Assembly: GCA_039925525.1 (NCBI GenBank)
Contig: JBDSYU010000101.1
Span: 1 to 55,646 of the forward strand
Source of the DNA: Variovorax sp.
GTDB taxonomy: Bacteria; Pseudomonadota; Gammaproteobacteria; Burkholderiales; Burkholderiaceae_C
Length of the DNA stretch: 55,646 bases
Direction of reading: 5' to 3'
Shown piece after piece: positions 1-9,130 of this stretch (within the stretch, counting starts at the first letter, position 1; each line of letters starts with the position of its first letter). Under the pieces are notes generated by a model. That model saw only the letters and a list, made by a program, of their open reading frames with translations. It was not told the origin of the DNA and made no database searches. The position numbers and the translations under genes were made by a program.

Positions 1-714
1 GCTCTCGACGGCACCGCGCATCGGGATACGCACCAGTTCGTCGCAACTCTTTCGCGTCAGTTGGCGAAGGCCGCTGCCTTCGGCGCCAAGCACCAGTGCC
101 AGCGGCCGTGTCATCGCCGTGGCATAGAGCGAAGCCGGCGCATCGTCGGCCGCGCCGACACACCAGATATCGCGCTCCTTGAGTTCGCCTAGCGTGCGCG
201 CCAGGTTGGTCACCATCAGATAAGGCACGGTGTCGGCGGCGCCACTGGCCACCTTGGCCACGGTGGCGTTGACGCCGACCGCATGGTCCTTGGGCGCAAT
301 CACCGCGTGGGCACCGGCGCCGTCGGCGACGCGCAGGCAGGCGCCAAGGTTGTGCGGATCGGTCACGCCGTCGAGCACCAGCAGCAATGGCCAGTCAACC
401 GCTTGGCTCGCAGCGGCGCGCGCCACGTTGGCCGCCTCCAGATCTTCGAGCAGTTGATCGAGCGAATGGATCGGCGCCACTGGCTGCACACGCGCCACCA
501 CCCCCTGATGACCACTGCTGCCGCACAGCTTGGCCAGGCGCGCTGCGTCGGACTCGATCAGCCCGACGCCGACACCGCGCGCCTTCGCCAGGAACTGCTG
601 CATGCGCGCATCGCGCCGAGCCGGGTCGAACAACAGCTCGACCACGGACGCCGGCGCCGTCCGCAGGCGCACGCCGACGGCGTGGAAGCCGAAAAGGGTC
701 CGGATGGCGCTCAT
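1..714 (-). CDS. rlmB: 23S rRNA (guanosine-2'-O)-methyltransferase RlmB, 3'-truncated by window edge
   Basis: Manual translation from ATG at 714: MSAIRTLFGFHAVGVRLRTAP...LLVLDGVTDPHNLGACLR...GAEGSGL...IPMRGAVES (SpoU/TrmH motifs); absent from ORF track because its stop lies outside the window. Confidence 0.93.
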   Translation of the reverse strand, partial: MSAIRTLFGFHAVGVRLRTAPASVVELLFDPARRDARMQQFLAKARGVGVGLIESDAARLAKLCGSSGHQGVVARVQPVAPIHSLDQLLEDLEAANVARAAASQAVDWPLLLVLDGVTDPHNLGACLRVADGAGAHAVIAPKDHAVGVNATVAKVASGAADTVPYLMVTNLARTLGELKERDIWCVGAADDAPASLYATAMTRPLALVLGAEGSGLRQLTRKSCDELVRIPMRGAVES

Positions 715-750
715 CGGTGCGATTATCGAGGCGCCTCGCGCCGGGTCATC

Positions 751-2217
751 TCAAACGAATTTGATCTTGTCCTTGCCTTCGCCCGGTGGCGGCGTCGCGC
801 CGAAGGTGCCGCGCTCGATCACCGCTTCTCGCCCGCCGTTCTTCTCCACCACTGCGGCCTGGTCGGCCTTGGCTTGTCGGTCGACGGCGTCGGGGTCACA
901 GATGCCACGCAACAACGCCTCCAGTAGCTTGCGCTCGGCCTGGTGCGCGGGTGCATCGGCGAGGTCATTGATCTCCTCAGGGTCGGCCTGCAAATCGAAA
1001 AGCTGCGGTGCCATGCCGACATACCAGATCAGTTTGTAGCGGCCGCGCCGGAGCATGAAGGTGCCCGACGCCGCACCGGCGGCGTGGTATTCGGAGAAGG
1101 CCACCCGATCCGGCTCCTCTTCGCCGCGCGCCAGGGCGAGCAGGCTGCGGCCGGGCTTGTCGGCGTCTTCGGCAAGCGCCGCAGTCCCGGTGCAATCGAG
1201 TACCGTCGGAAACACGTCGACCAGCGTCACTGGCGTCGTCATGACGCGGCCCTCGGGCACATCGGGACCGGCAATGATCAACGGGATCGCCACCGACTCC
1301 TCGTAGTGGTTCGACTTGCCCCACAAACCGCGCACGCCAAGGTTGTCGCCGTGGTCGCTCGCATAGAGGATGCGCGTGCGTGCGGCGGCCCCGGACCCGT
1401 CCAGCGCAGCCAGGATCTTGCCGATGTTGTCGTCCAAGAAAGAGCACAACGCGAAGTAGCTGGCGGTTGCCAGACGGCGCTTGTCGTCGTCGAAAAAATC
1501 GTTCCAGATGAAGCATTTGCGAATCTGCTCCAACCAGGGATGGCGTGGCCACTCGGACGGGTCGGACGCCTTGGGCAGCGGCATCTGCTCTGGCGGATAC
1601 ATGGCGAAGAACTCCGGCGGCGCGATCAGCGGAAAGTGCGGCGCCACCAGCCCGGCATACAGCGTCCACGGCTCACTGCGGGTAGGCGCGACTTGCTCGA
1701 TCCAGTCGACCGCCGCCTGGGTGATGGCCCGGTCGTAGCGGGTGTAGCTCGATTCGCCGGGCCCGAGTTCCTGCGACAGCGATTTGGTCTTGTGCCGCAC
1801 CGGCAGCGGGTCGCGCACGCAGCCGAGCAGGTCGCCCAGGCCGTCGATGATGTGCATCGGCATCTGCGTTTCATCGAAGCCACCGAGCACCTGGTCATCG
1901 CGATAGTGCAGCTTGCCGATCGACACCGCGGGTCGGCCGGCGGCCGTGAGCCGATCCGCCCATGAGGTCGGCGTGCCTTCATAGGAGATGGCGTTGTCCC
2001 AGGTGCCGATCTCGTGCACATAACGGCCTGTCGCGAGCGACGCGCGAGCCGGCACGCAGATCGGGCAGTTGGTGTACGCATTCTCGAAGCGCGTACCGCG
2101 AGCGGCGAGCCGATCGAGATGCGGGGTCTTGACGATCGGATGTCCGCTGCACCCCATGTACTGGGCTGCCTGCTCATCCGAGACGATGACGAGGAGGTTG
2201 CTTGTTGGCGTGGTCAT
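751..2217 (-). CDS. Cys-type (formylglycine-dependent) sulfatase, choline-sulfatase-like
   Basis: NLLVIVSDE, CPICVPARASLATG (CxPxR), GKLH, SDHGDNLG..GLWGK; no signal peptide. Confidence 0.9.
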   Translation of the reverse strand: MTTPTSNLLVIVSDEQAAQYMGCSGHPIVKTPHLDRLAARGTRFENAYTNCPICVPARASLATGRYVHEIGTWDNAISYEGTPTSWADRLTAAGRPAVSIGKLHYRDDQVLGGFDETQMPMHIIDGLGDLLGCVRDPLPVRHKTKSLSQELGPGESSYTRYDRAITQAAVDWIEQVAPTRSEPWTLYAGLVAPHFPLIAPPEFFAMYPPEQMPLPKASDPSEWPRHPWLEQIRKCFIWNDFFDDDKRRLATASYFALCSFLDDNIGKILAALDGSGAAARTRILYASDHGDNLGVRGLWGKSNHYEESVAIPLIIAGPDVPEGRVMTTPVTLVDVFPTVLDCTGTAALAEDADKPGRSLLALARGEEEPDRVAFSEYHAAGAASGTFMLRRGRYKLIWYVGMAPQLFDLQADPEEINDLADAPAHQAERKLLEALLRGICDPDAVDRQAKADQAAVVEKNGGREAVIERGTFGATPPPGEGKDKIKFV

Positions 2218-2231
2218 GGCTCTCTTTCAAT

Positions 2232-3131
2232 TTAGGCTGCTTCGATGCGATACACGGCACGTGCAGTGCCGGCGAGAAGGCGCTCTCGCTCGGCTTGTGA
2301 CCGCTCGCTGATCGCCGAATCGATCATGCGACGCCAATCTGCAGCACCGACAAACAGGCGGTCCACAGGAAAGTTCGAGCCGAACATCGACCGCGCCGCG
2401 CCGAACCGCTCGAGCACGGCGTCGACGATGGCGCGAACGCCATCACCAGTCTGGCTCGGGTTCATCATGAAGAAGCCGCTCAACTTGACCACGACGTTGG
2501 CACATGCGGCAAAAGCGTCGAGCCCGGCGTGCCAGCGCGCCATCCCAGCGCCGGTGCGATCGATCGGATGGCCGCAATGCGTAAGGACAAAAGTGATTTC
2601 AGGATGGCGCCGGGCCACGCCGGCGGCGGCGAGCGCGACACCAGGCGGCGCCTGCAACTCCAGACACCAGGCGTGGCGTTCCAGCAGCGGCAGGTTGGCA
2701 AGCCAAGCTGGGTTCAGGAACTGGGTGTCCTCGGGCTGCAGGTTGACGAGGCCGCCGGAGGTGGTCGCCATCTGGCGAATGCCCCGCACCCGGCCGAAGG
2801 CGGCATGGCGCGCAAGCATCCGCTCTGCATCGGGTCGGCCCAGATCGACGTTGGCGATGATGGCGCTCGGCAGGCCCGTACGCTCGGCTAGGCTGGCCAG
2901 CCAAGCGCTTTCCTGCACCGGATCGCCGGGTTGGCGGCCAGCTTCGATATGCACCGACCTGCATCCACGCATCGCTGTCAGGTCGGCGCAGTACGCTTCG
3001 ATGCCGTAGTTTTTGCGAAGCGCAGCATCGTCTCCGAACGCGGTGGCGCGCAAAGGGCCGCGCAGCGCCGGATAGCCATCGGGCTCCCCGTCCAAATCGT
3101 AGAGGTGATGGTGGGTGTCGATAAAGGTCAT
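2232..3131 (-). CDS. Amidohydrolase family protein (Amidohydro_2, sugar-lactonase-like)
   Basis: IDTHHH metal motif, VRGIRQ, LTHCGHP, VKLSG, MFGSNFPVD. Confidence 0.85.
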   Translation of the reverse strand: MTFIDTHHHLYDLDGEPDGYPALRGPLRATAFGDDAALRKNYGIEAYCADLTAMRGCRSVHIEAGRQPGDPVQESAWLASLAERTGLPSAIIANVDLGRPDAERMLARHAAFGRVRGIRQMATTSGGLVNLQPEDTQFLNPAWLANLPLLERHAWCLELQAPPGVALAAAGVARRHPEITFVLTHCGHPIDRTGAGMARWHAGLDAFAACANVVVKLSGFFMMNPSQTGDGVRAIVDAVLERFGAARSMFGSNFPVDRLFVGAADWRRMIDSAISERSQAERERLLAGTARAVYRIEAA

Positions 3132-4705
3132 CGGCGTGTCCGCGGCACTTTCGACGTTTCGGATACGTCGGGTGCATCAGGTTCAGAGCGCATGGCGGCG
3201 GTGCTCGACCCCAGCCGCTGGCTGCGCATGCGCCAGTGCCGCGACGCCCACGGCCACAACGCGAAAACGATCGAGCCGATCAGGATCGACATCGCCGCCG
3301 GCCGCGTGAGAAACGGCAGAAAGCTCCCGTCCGATTCCATCAGCGCCGAGCGCAGCGACGTCTCCAGCAGCGGGGCCAGTACCAGGCCGATAACAAATGG
3401 CGCCGTCGGAATACCGGCGACGATCATGGCAAAGCCGATGGCGCCGAAAGCGAACATCACCCACACGTCGAACAACTGGCTATTGATCGAGTAGGTGCCG
3501 ATGGTCGAGCACACCAGGATCACGGGCACCAGGTAGTGGCGCGGTATGTTGACGATGCGCGCCAACGGCACGCAGGCGACGATCAGGATCAGGAACATCA
3601 GTACATTGGCCACCAGGTAGGTGGCAATGATGCCGAAGAACACGCCGGGCGACTCCCGGATGAGCAACGGTCCGAGGTTGATGTTGTGAAAGATCAGCGC
3701 CGCCATCAGGAACACGTCGGCCGGTGCCCCGGGGATGCCGAGCGCGATCATCGGCACCAGCGAGCCGCCGACGGTGGCGTTGTTGCCGGTTTCGGCGGCG
3801 ACCACGCCCTCTTCACGCCCGCTGCCAAAACTGGCGGGATCGCTGTCGATGTTTTGCGTCGCGACGTAGGCAATGATGGCGCCAATGTTGGCACCTGCAC
3901 CCGGCAGGATGCCGATCCAAGAGCCGATCAGCCCGGAGCGGACGACATTCCATTTGTGCCGGCCGATCGCACCGACTGCGCGCAGCACGTCGACGATTTT
4001 CGTGCGCACCTGTTCGACCACAGGGCGGTCGGGCATGGTTTCGGCCAGCAGGCCACCGATCGCGAAGACGCCCATCAGCACAGGGAACAGGTCGAGTCCG
4101 CGATCCAGCGCCTCGAACGAAAAGGTGAAGCGCTTGTCTGAGGTGACGGGATCAAGCCCTACCAGTGCCACCACGATGCCCAGCAGTCCGGCTAACAGGC
4201 CCTTGAGCGTATCGGCCTGGCTCGCGGCAGCGATCAAAAGCAACCCGCCGACGATCATTGCCGCCATTTCGAACTGGCCGAAGCGAACAGCGACTCTGGC
4301 GATCGGCACCGAGATCGTCGCCAGCAACAGCCACGAGATCAGGCCGCCCATCAGTGACGCGGTGATGCCGAGCGCCAACGCACGCGCCGCCTGGCCCCGC
4401 TTGGCCATGGCGTGGCCGTCGAAGGTGCTCATCACTGAGGCCGGCGTGCCAGGAATGCCGAGCAGGATGCCCGACGTCAGTCCGCCGCTCACCCCGCCGA
4501 CATACATGCCGACCAGCAGGTACTGCGCCAGCAGGTTGTCCATGGTGATGGTCAGCGGCAATGTGAGCGCCATCAACACGCCCTGGTTCAGACCGGGGAT
4601 GGCGCCGAAGACCAGCCCCAATGCGACACCGATCGCTGAATATGCCATGCCATGCGCGGTCATGTGCGACGCGAAGGCGCTGGCCAGCAACCCAAGCTCG
4701 TTCAA
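3128..4705 (-). CDS. tctA: Tripartite tricarboxylate transporter large permease TctA
   Basis: Highly hydrophobic 525 aa; GAIPGL, GIPGTPASVMSTFDG, GILPGAGA, AAETGNNA, LGIPG motifs. Confidence 0.9.
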   Translation of the reverse strand: MNELGLLASAFASHMTAHGMAYSAIGVALGLVFGAIPGLNQGVLMALTLPLTITMDNLLAQYLLVGMYVGGVSGGLTSGILLGIPGTPASVMSTFDGHAMAKRGQAARALALGITASLMGGLISWLLLATISVPIARVAVRFGQFEMAAMIVGGLLLIAAASQADTLKGLLAGLLGIVVALVGLDPVTSDKRFTFSFEALDRGLDLFPVLMGVFAIGGLLAETMPDRPVVEQVRTKIVDVLRAVGAIGRHKWNVVRSGLIGSWIGILPGAGANIGAIIAYVATQNIDSDPASFGSGREEGVVAAETGNNATVGGSLVPMIALGIPGAPADVFLMAALIFHNINLGPLLIRESPGVFFGIIATYLVANVLMFLILIVACVPLARIVNIPRHYLVPVILVCSTIGTYSINSQLFDVWVMFAFGAIGFAMIVAGIPTAPFVIGLVLAPLLETSLRSALMESDGSFLPFLTRPAAMSILIGSIVFALWPWASRHWRMRSQRLGSSTAAMRSEPDAPDVSETSKVPRTRR

Positions 4706-5655
4706 CGCCCCGGCCCCTTCGCAGACCGCTCGTCTGAGCGAACGGAAGGGTCGACCTCGGCCGCGCCGCTACGGGCGACGCGTGCGGTCCAGCGCGCCAA
4801 CGCCACAGCTTGACGCTGGCAGCCTTCTTTGGCCACGGCCTCGGCCATGCTGCGCGCCGTGGCGGTGAGCAACGGTAGCGTCAGCGGCACCTCGGCCAAC
4901 GCATGCGCCAACGCCTGGGCATCCTTGAGCGCCAAGGCCGCCGTGCCCGGGCCATCCGCGTCGCGCGCCATATTGCTGCCGTGTCGCTCGAGCACCATCG
5001 AGTAGCCGGCACCACGGCCGACGATCATGGCTTCGACCAGTGGCTCGCAAGGCAGACCGACGGCGCGTGCCAACGCCAGCGCTTCGGCAATAGCGGCCAA
5101 CGTGGCCTGACCGATGCCGTTGTTCAGAATTTTCGCCAGATTCGCGTGCCCGGCTTCGGCAAAGCGAGTGCTGCCGCGCCCGGCCGCGCGCAGAAGCGGC
5201 GCGAGCGCATCGATGGCGGCGTCGGTCCCGGCCAACAACAGGTGCACATTGCCCTGCTCGGCATCGCGACCGACGCCGATCAGGGCGCCTTCCACGTGCG
5301 CAGCACCAGCCGCAGTTCGCGCCTTCGATAACGCCTTCGCCAGCGCGACGGAGACTGTGGAGAGATCGCAGGTCGTGATGCGCGAGCCTGCAGCGGCGAG
5401 GCCATCGCCGTCCAGATACACCGCGCGCAACGCCGATTCGCTCGGCAGCGAAGTAACGACCAGGGGCGCACAGTCGACGGCGTCGCCCAAGCTGTCACAC
5501 GCGAGCACGCCTGCTAGCACGGCTCGCGCGCGAGCGGCGGCATCGATATCGAAACCCGCGACGCGAATACCGGTAGCGGCCAGGTAGCGCGCCAGCCCGC
5601 CGCCGATTTCGCCCAAGCCAACGACGGCCAGTTCGGCGCGGCGGGCATGCTCCAT
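4702..5655 (-). CDS. NAD(P)-dependent beta-hydroxyacid dehydrogenase family oxidoreductase
   Basis: Start re-picked at ATG 5655 (MEHARRAELAVVGLGEIGGG, Rossmann GxGxxG); DLSTVS and AKILNN (catalytic Lys) motifs. Confidence 0.8.
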   Translation of the reverse strand: MEHARRAELAVVGLGEIGGGLARYLAATGIRVAGFDIDAAARARAVLAGVLACDSLGDAVDCAPLVVTSLPSESALRAVYLDGDGLAAAGSRITTCDLSTVSVALAKALSKARTAAGAAHVEGALIGVGRDAEQGNVHLLLAGTDAAIDALAPLLRAAGRGSTRFAEAGHANLAKILNNGIGQATLAAIAEALALARAVGLPCEPLVEAMIVGRGAGYSMVLERHGSNMARDADGPGTAALALKDAQALAHALAEVPLTLPLLTATARSMAEAVAKEGCQRQAVALARWTARVARSGAAEVDPSVRSDERSAKGPGR

Positions 5656-5656
5656 C

Positions 5657-6136
5657 TCAGGGGAGGATGACATCGAGGTACGAGCGAAACAGCCAATCGA
5701 CGCCGAACGAAAAAACCAGCGCCACCAGCAGCAATACCGCTGCGTTGGATAGCCGGCGGCCAATGCCGAGCACCAATGCACTGGCCACGACGAAGGCGAA
5801 GGCCGAGATACGAAACGACAGACCCGCTTGCATGGCGGCGCCCCAGGCGGCGATGCACGCGAGCATGGCTAATGTGCGCACGGCCGTCCGGCCTTTGTCA
5901 GTGCTCGCGTCGGTAGGCCCTGCGTTTCCACGAACCATGCGCCGCGCACCACGCACAGCGACCAGCAAGGCAAGCATCAGTGCCAGGCCTGGCACCAGCT
6001 TGGCCAGAAAGGCCGCGCCGAGCGGCTCGTAGCGCGGCGGTGGCAGGGCCGCCGCCTGAAACAGAAACACGGCCATCAATGCAGCGAGGAACAGGCCCGC
6101 GAACAGGTCTTTCATGAATCGAACGACGACCGCCAC
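5657..6136 (-). CDS. tctB: Tripartite tricarboxylate transporter small permease TctB
   Basis: 159 aa, about 4 TM segments, EPLGAAFL and C-terminal LFRSYLDVILP; lies between tctC and tctA. Confidence 0.85.
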   Translation of the reverse strand: MAVVVRFMKDLFAGLFLAALMAVFLFQAAALPPPRYEPLGAAFLAKLVPGLALMLALLVAVRGARRMVRGNAGPTDASTDKGRTAVRTLAMLACIAAWGAAMQAGLSFRISAFAFVVASALVLGIGRRLSNAAVLLLVALVFSFGVDWLFRSYLDVILP

Positions 6137-6143
6137 TCCACTG

Positions 6144-7133
6144 TCAGTTGCGCTTCTCCAGTCCGTAATTCTTCGTCAGTCGCTCGAAAAGTGCGTACTG
6201 TTCGGCCACTTCTTTTCCCAGCGCATCACCCTTGGCGAAGCGCAGGTCTTCGATCTGGGCCCCAAGCTCGGCCTTCAATTCTGGACTGGCCATGGTTTCC
6301 TCCAGCTTCGTCGTCAGCAGGTCGAGGACAGGCTGAGGCGTTTCCTTGCGCGCCCACCAATAGTTGGTGACGTTGGTGACCAGTTGCGGGAAGCCTTGCT
6401 CGACCGCAGTTGTCACATTGGGCATGTCGCGCGAACGATAGTCGGCGAGGAAGGCCAGCGGCACAAAGTCACCGGCGGCAACATAGGAACGCGAAGTGGA
6501 CGGGGTTGCCAGCATCACATCGATGTGCTCTCCAAGCAGTGCTGCGCGCAGCGGCGCGTCGCCGCCAGGGACATTGATCATCTTCATCTCGATGCCCAAC
6601 GCTTCCATGAACTCCAACGCCACATAGTGGCTGTGCGCTGTGAGAAACACGCCCATGCGCACCTTGCCCGGATTGGCTTTGGCATATGCCTGCAGCGATT
6701 TAAGGTCGGTGAACGACATCCCCTTGCGCGTGACGAACGCCGTATCGTTACCGCCGGTCCGTGCGAGTGGCACCAGATCGCCGAACGGGCGACCCAGGAT
6801 GCCTTGTGCAGAAATGCCCATGAGCGCCTGGTGATGCACCAGCAGCGTGTAGCCGTCGGGCTTGGCGTCCAGCACCGCGCGCGAGCCGGTGGCGGTGCCA
6901 GCGCCAACGATGTTCTGCACGATCACGCGTTGTCCGAGCCGCTCGCCCAAATGCTTGGAGATGATGCGCGCATAAACGTCCAGGGCGCCGCCGGCGGCGT
7001 TGGGCACGACGGCGGTGATGGAATGGTCGGGATATTTGTCCTCTGCCGATGCAGGCAGCGCCGCGAAAATCGATGTCAGGACGAAAGCTAGGACACGGCA
7101 GAAAGCACGAAACGCCCCTGTCTGAATGGTCAT
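6144..7133 (-). CDS. tctC: Tripartite tricarboxylate transporter substrate-binding protein TctC (Bug family)
   Basis: AGGAGA RBS before ATG 7133; signal peptide, YPDHSITAVVPNAAGGALD, AKPDGYTLL. Confidence 0.88.
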   Translation of the reverse strand: MTIQTGAFRAFCRVLAFVLTSIFAALPASAEDKYPDHSITAVVPNAAGGALDVYARIISKHLGERLGQRVIVQNIVGAGTATGSRAVLDAKPDGYTLLVHHQALMGISAQGILGRPFGDLVPLARTGGNDTAFVTRKGMSFTDLKSLQAYAKANPGKVRMGVFLTAHSHYVALEFMEALGIEMKMINVPGGDAPLRAALLGEHIDVMLATPSTSRSYVAAGDFVPLAFLADYRSRDMPNVTTAVEQGFPQLVTNVTNYWWARKETPQPVLDLLTTKLEETMASPELKAELGAQIEDLRFAKGDALGKEVAEQYALFERLTKNYGLEKRN

Positions 7134-7167
7134 GGTCGGGTCTCCTGTTACGCCGGAACGGCTTGGC

Positions 7168-7235
7168 GTTTGATCAAGTATCACCCAGTGCGAATCCATT
7201 GGTCAACAGGCGCCGGCAAAGTTTGATCAAGTATC
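7168..7235 (-). promoter_or_regulatory. Putative sigma70 promoter with two identical 15-bp operator-like boxes
   Basis: GTTTGATCAAGTATC at 7168-7182 and 7221-7235; minus-strand TTGACC (7206-7201)-N18-GATACT. Confidence 0.6.
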
Positions 7236-7331
7236 TCGCCGAACACGCACCAGAACATGCCTTGCCTTTCTGAACTTCTGCCATCACGCTGGCGACCGGC
7301 ATGTTCTGCCGCACGCCGCTTCTTTCTGCTT

Positions 7332-8369
7332 CTAATCGATGCTCGCGCCCGAGTCCTTGACGATCTTGGCCCACTTGACGGCTTCCGTGCGCACGAAGGC
7401 GCTGAACGCGGCCGGCTCCATCGGCACGACCTCGCTGCCATCGCCGGTGAGCTTGGCCACAAGCTCCGGCGCCTTGAGCATCGTGTTCACCTCGTCGTTC
7501 AATCGGTCGATGATCACGGCGGGTGTACCGGCCGGCGCCCAGATGCCGAACCAGGCCACCAGCTCGAAACCCGGGGGCAGGGCCTCGATCATCGTCGGCA
7601 CGTCGGGCAACTGTGGATTGCGTTTGGCGCTGGTCACAGCCAACGCGCGCAACTTGCCGCCGCGCACTTGCGGCACCGCAGTGCCGAGCGTGGGGAAGCC
7701 GAGTTGCACCTGACCCGACATCACCGACACCAGGATTTCCGGAGCGCCTTTGTATGGGATATGCACCAGATCGAGCCCGGCGGCGCGAGCGAAAGTTGCA
7801 CCGCTCAGATGGGCCAGGCTGCCCGATCCGCCGGAGCCGTAGTTGAGCTTGCCCGGTGCCGCCCTGGCGAGAGCGACCAATTCGGCCACGGTCTTGGCTG
7901 GCGAGTCTGGCGCCACCACCAGCACCGACGGAATCTTCACCAGCATCGCCACCGGCGCGAAGTCGCGCACCGGGTCGTAGTTCACTTTCTTGTATAGCGA
8001 CGGGTTCACGACATGCGAGGACGTTGCCATCATCAACGTGTAGCCATCGGGCGCCGCCTTGACGGCTGCGTCGGCCCCGATGTTGCCTGCGGCGCCCGGC
8101 TTGTTCTCGATGACGAAGGGCTGCCCCAGACGCGTCGCCAGTCGGGCGCCGACCAGGCGTGCCAACGTGTCGGAGGCGGTGCCCGGCAGAAATGGCACGA
8201 CGATGTGCACTGGCTTGGTGGGGTATGCCGACAGCGAGGGCGACGGGGTTTGCGCGCCTGCCAAAGCCGGCAGCATCAGGGCGCCGACGGCGAGCGCGCA
8301 TGCCATACGCGGACACGCTGCAGCGCGCGCTGCGACGGGTGACGCAGTGCCGTGGGATATTGCTTGCAT
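7332..8369 (-). CDS. Bug family tripartite tricarboxylate transporter substrate-binding protein
   Basis: AAGGAGA RBS before ATG 8369; YPTKPVHIVVPFLPG, ENKPGAAGNIG, APDGYTL, HIPYKG. Confidence 0.92.
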   Translation of the reverse strand: MQAISHGTASPVAARAAACPRMACALAVGALMLPALAGAQTPSPSLSAYPTKPVHIVVPFLPGTASDTLARLVGARLATRLGQPFVIENKPGAAGNIGADAAVKAAPDGYTLMMATSSHVVNPSLYKKVNYDPVRDFAPVAMLVKIPSVLVVAPDSPAKTVAELVALARAAPGKLNYGSGGSGSLAHLSGATFARAAGLDLVHIPYKGAPEILVSVMSGQVQLGFPTLGTAVPQVRGGKLRALAVTSAKRNPQLPDVPTMIEALPPGFELVAWFGIWAPAGTPAVIIDRLNDEVNTMLKAPELVAKLTGDGSEVVPMEPAAFSAFVRTEAVKWAKIVKDSGASID

Positions 8370-8404
8370 CAAGTCTCCTTGTATTTTTTCCGGTGACGGC
8401 ACGT

Positions 8405-9130
8405 CTACGAAGCGGACGGTGAAGGCCCGCCGGCCGCGTCATCGGCGCTGACGCGCCCCGCCTCGATGGTGATGCGCCGCTCGCAACGTTCGGCGATGCC
8501 GCGATCGTGGGTGACGAGCACCAGGGTCGTGCCGAGTTCGCGGTTGAGGTCGAACATCAGTTTCATCACTTGCTCGCCGGTGGCGAAGTCGAGGCTGCCG
8601 GTGGGTTCGTCGGCCAGCAGCACCTGCGGCTGCACGACGAAGGCGCGGGCCAGCGCCACGCGCTGTTGTTCGCCGCCCGACAACACCTTCGGGTAATGGC
8701 GCAATCGCTGGCCCAGACCGACGCGACCGAGCATGTCGGTAGCGGCGCTGCGCGCATCCCTGCGGTCGGCCAGTTCAAGCGGCAGCATGACGTTCTCGAG
8801 TGCGCTCAAGTTGCCGAGCAACTGAAAGCTCTGGAAGACAAAGCCGACGTTTCGAGCCCGCAGCGCCGCACGCTCGTCCTCATCAATGGCGAACAGGTCT
8901 TGGCCGGCCAGCCTGACCGTGCCGCGGGTCGGCGTATCGAGTCCAGCGACGATCGACAGCAGGGTGCTCTTGCCCGAGCCGGACGCACCGACGATTGCGG
9001 CGGTCTCGCGCCGGCCGAGCGAAAAGTGGATGTCTTGCAGAATGTCAAGGGTGCCGCTGGAGTCGGCGACCGACTTGAAAACATGCTCAACGGCAACAAT
9101 TGCGTCGGCTGGGGAAGCGGGTTCATCCAT
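8405..9130 (-). CDS. ABC transporter ATP-binding protein (YbbA/LolD-like)
   Basis: Walker A GASGSGKS, LSGGEQQRV, LADEPTGSLD; divergent from tesA; start re-picked at ATG 9130. Confidence 0.9.
   Translation of the reverse strand: MDEPASPADAIVAVEHVFKSVADSSGTLDILQDIHFSLGRRETAAIVGASGSGKSTLLSIVAGLDTPTRGTVRLAGQDLFAIDEDERAALRARNVGFVFQSFQLLGNLSALENVMLPLELADRRDARSAATDMLGRVGLGQRLRHYPKVLSGGEQQRVALARAFVVQPQVLLADEPTGSLDFATGEQVMKLMFDLNRELGTTLVLVTHDRGIAERCERRITIEAGRVSADDAAGGPSPSAS

Noticed and set aside
283-927. Plus-strand 214-aa ORF
   Set aside because: Antisense shadow of rlmB and the sulfatase 3' end
7168-7235. FNR box
   Set aside because: FNR needs TTGAT-N4-ATCAA; here the half-sites overlap as TTGATCAA
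751-8402. Mobile genomic island with att sites
   Set aside because: No integrase, transposase, tRNA or flanking direct repeats seen; accessory status is inferred only from gene content
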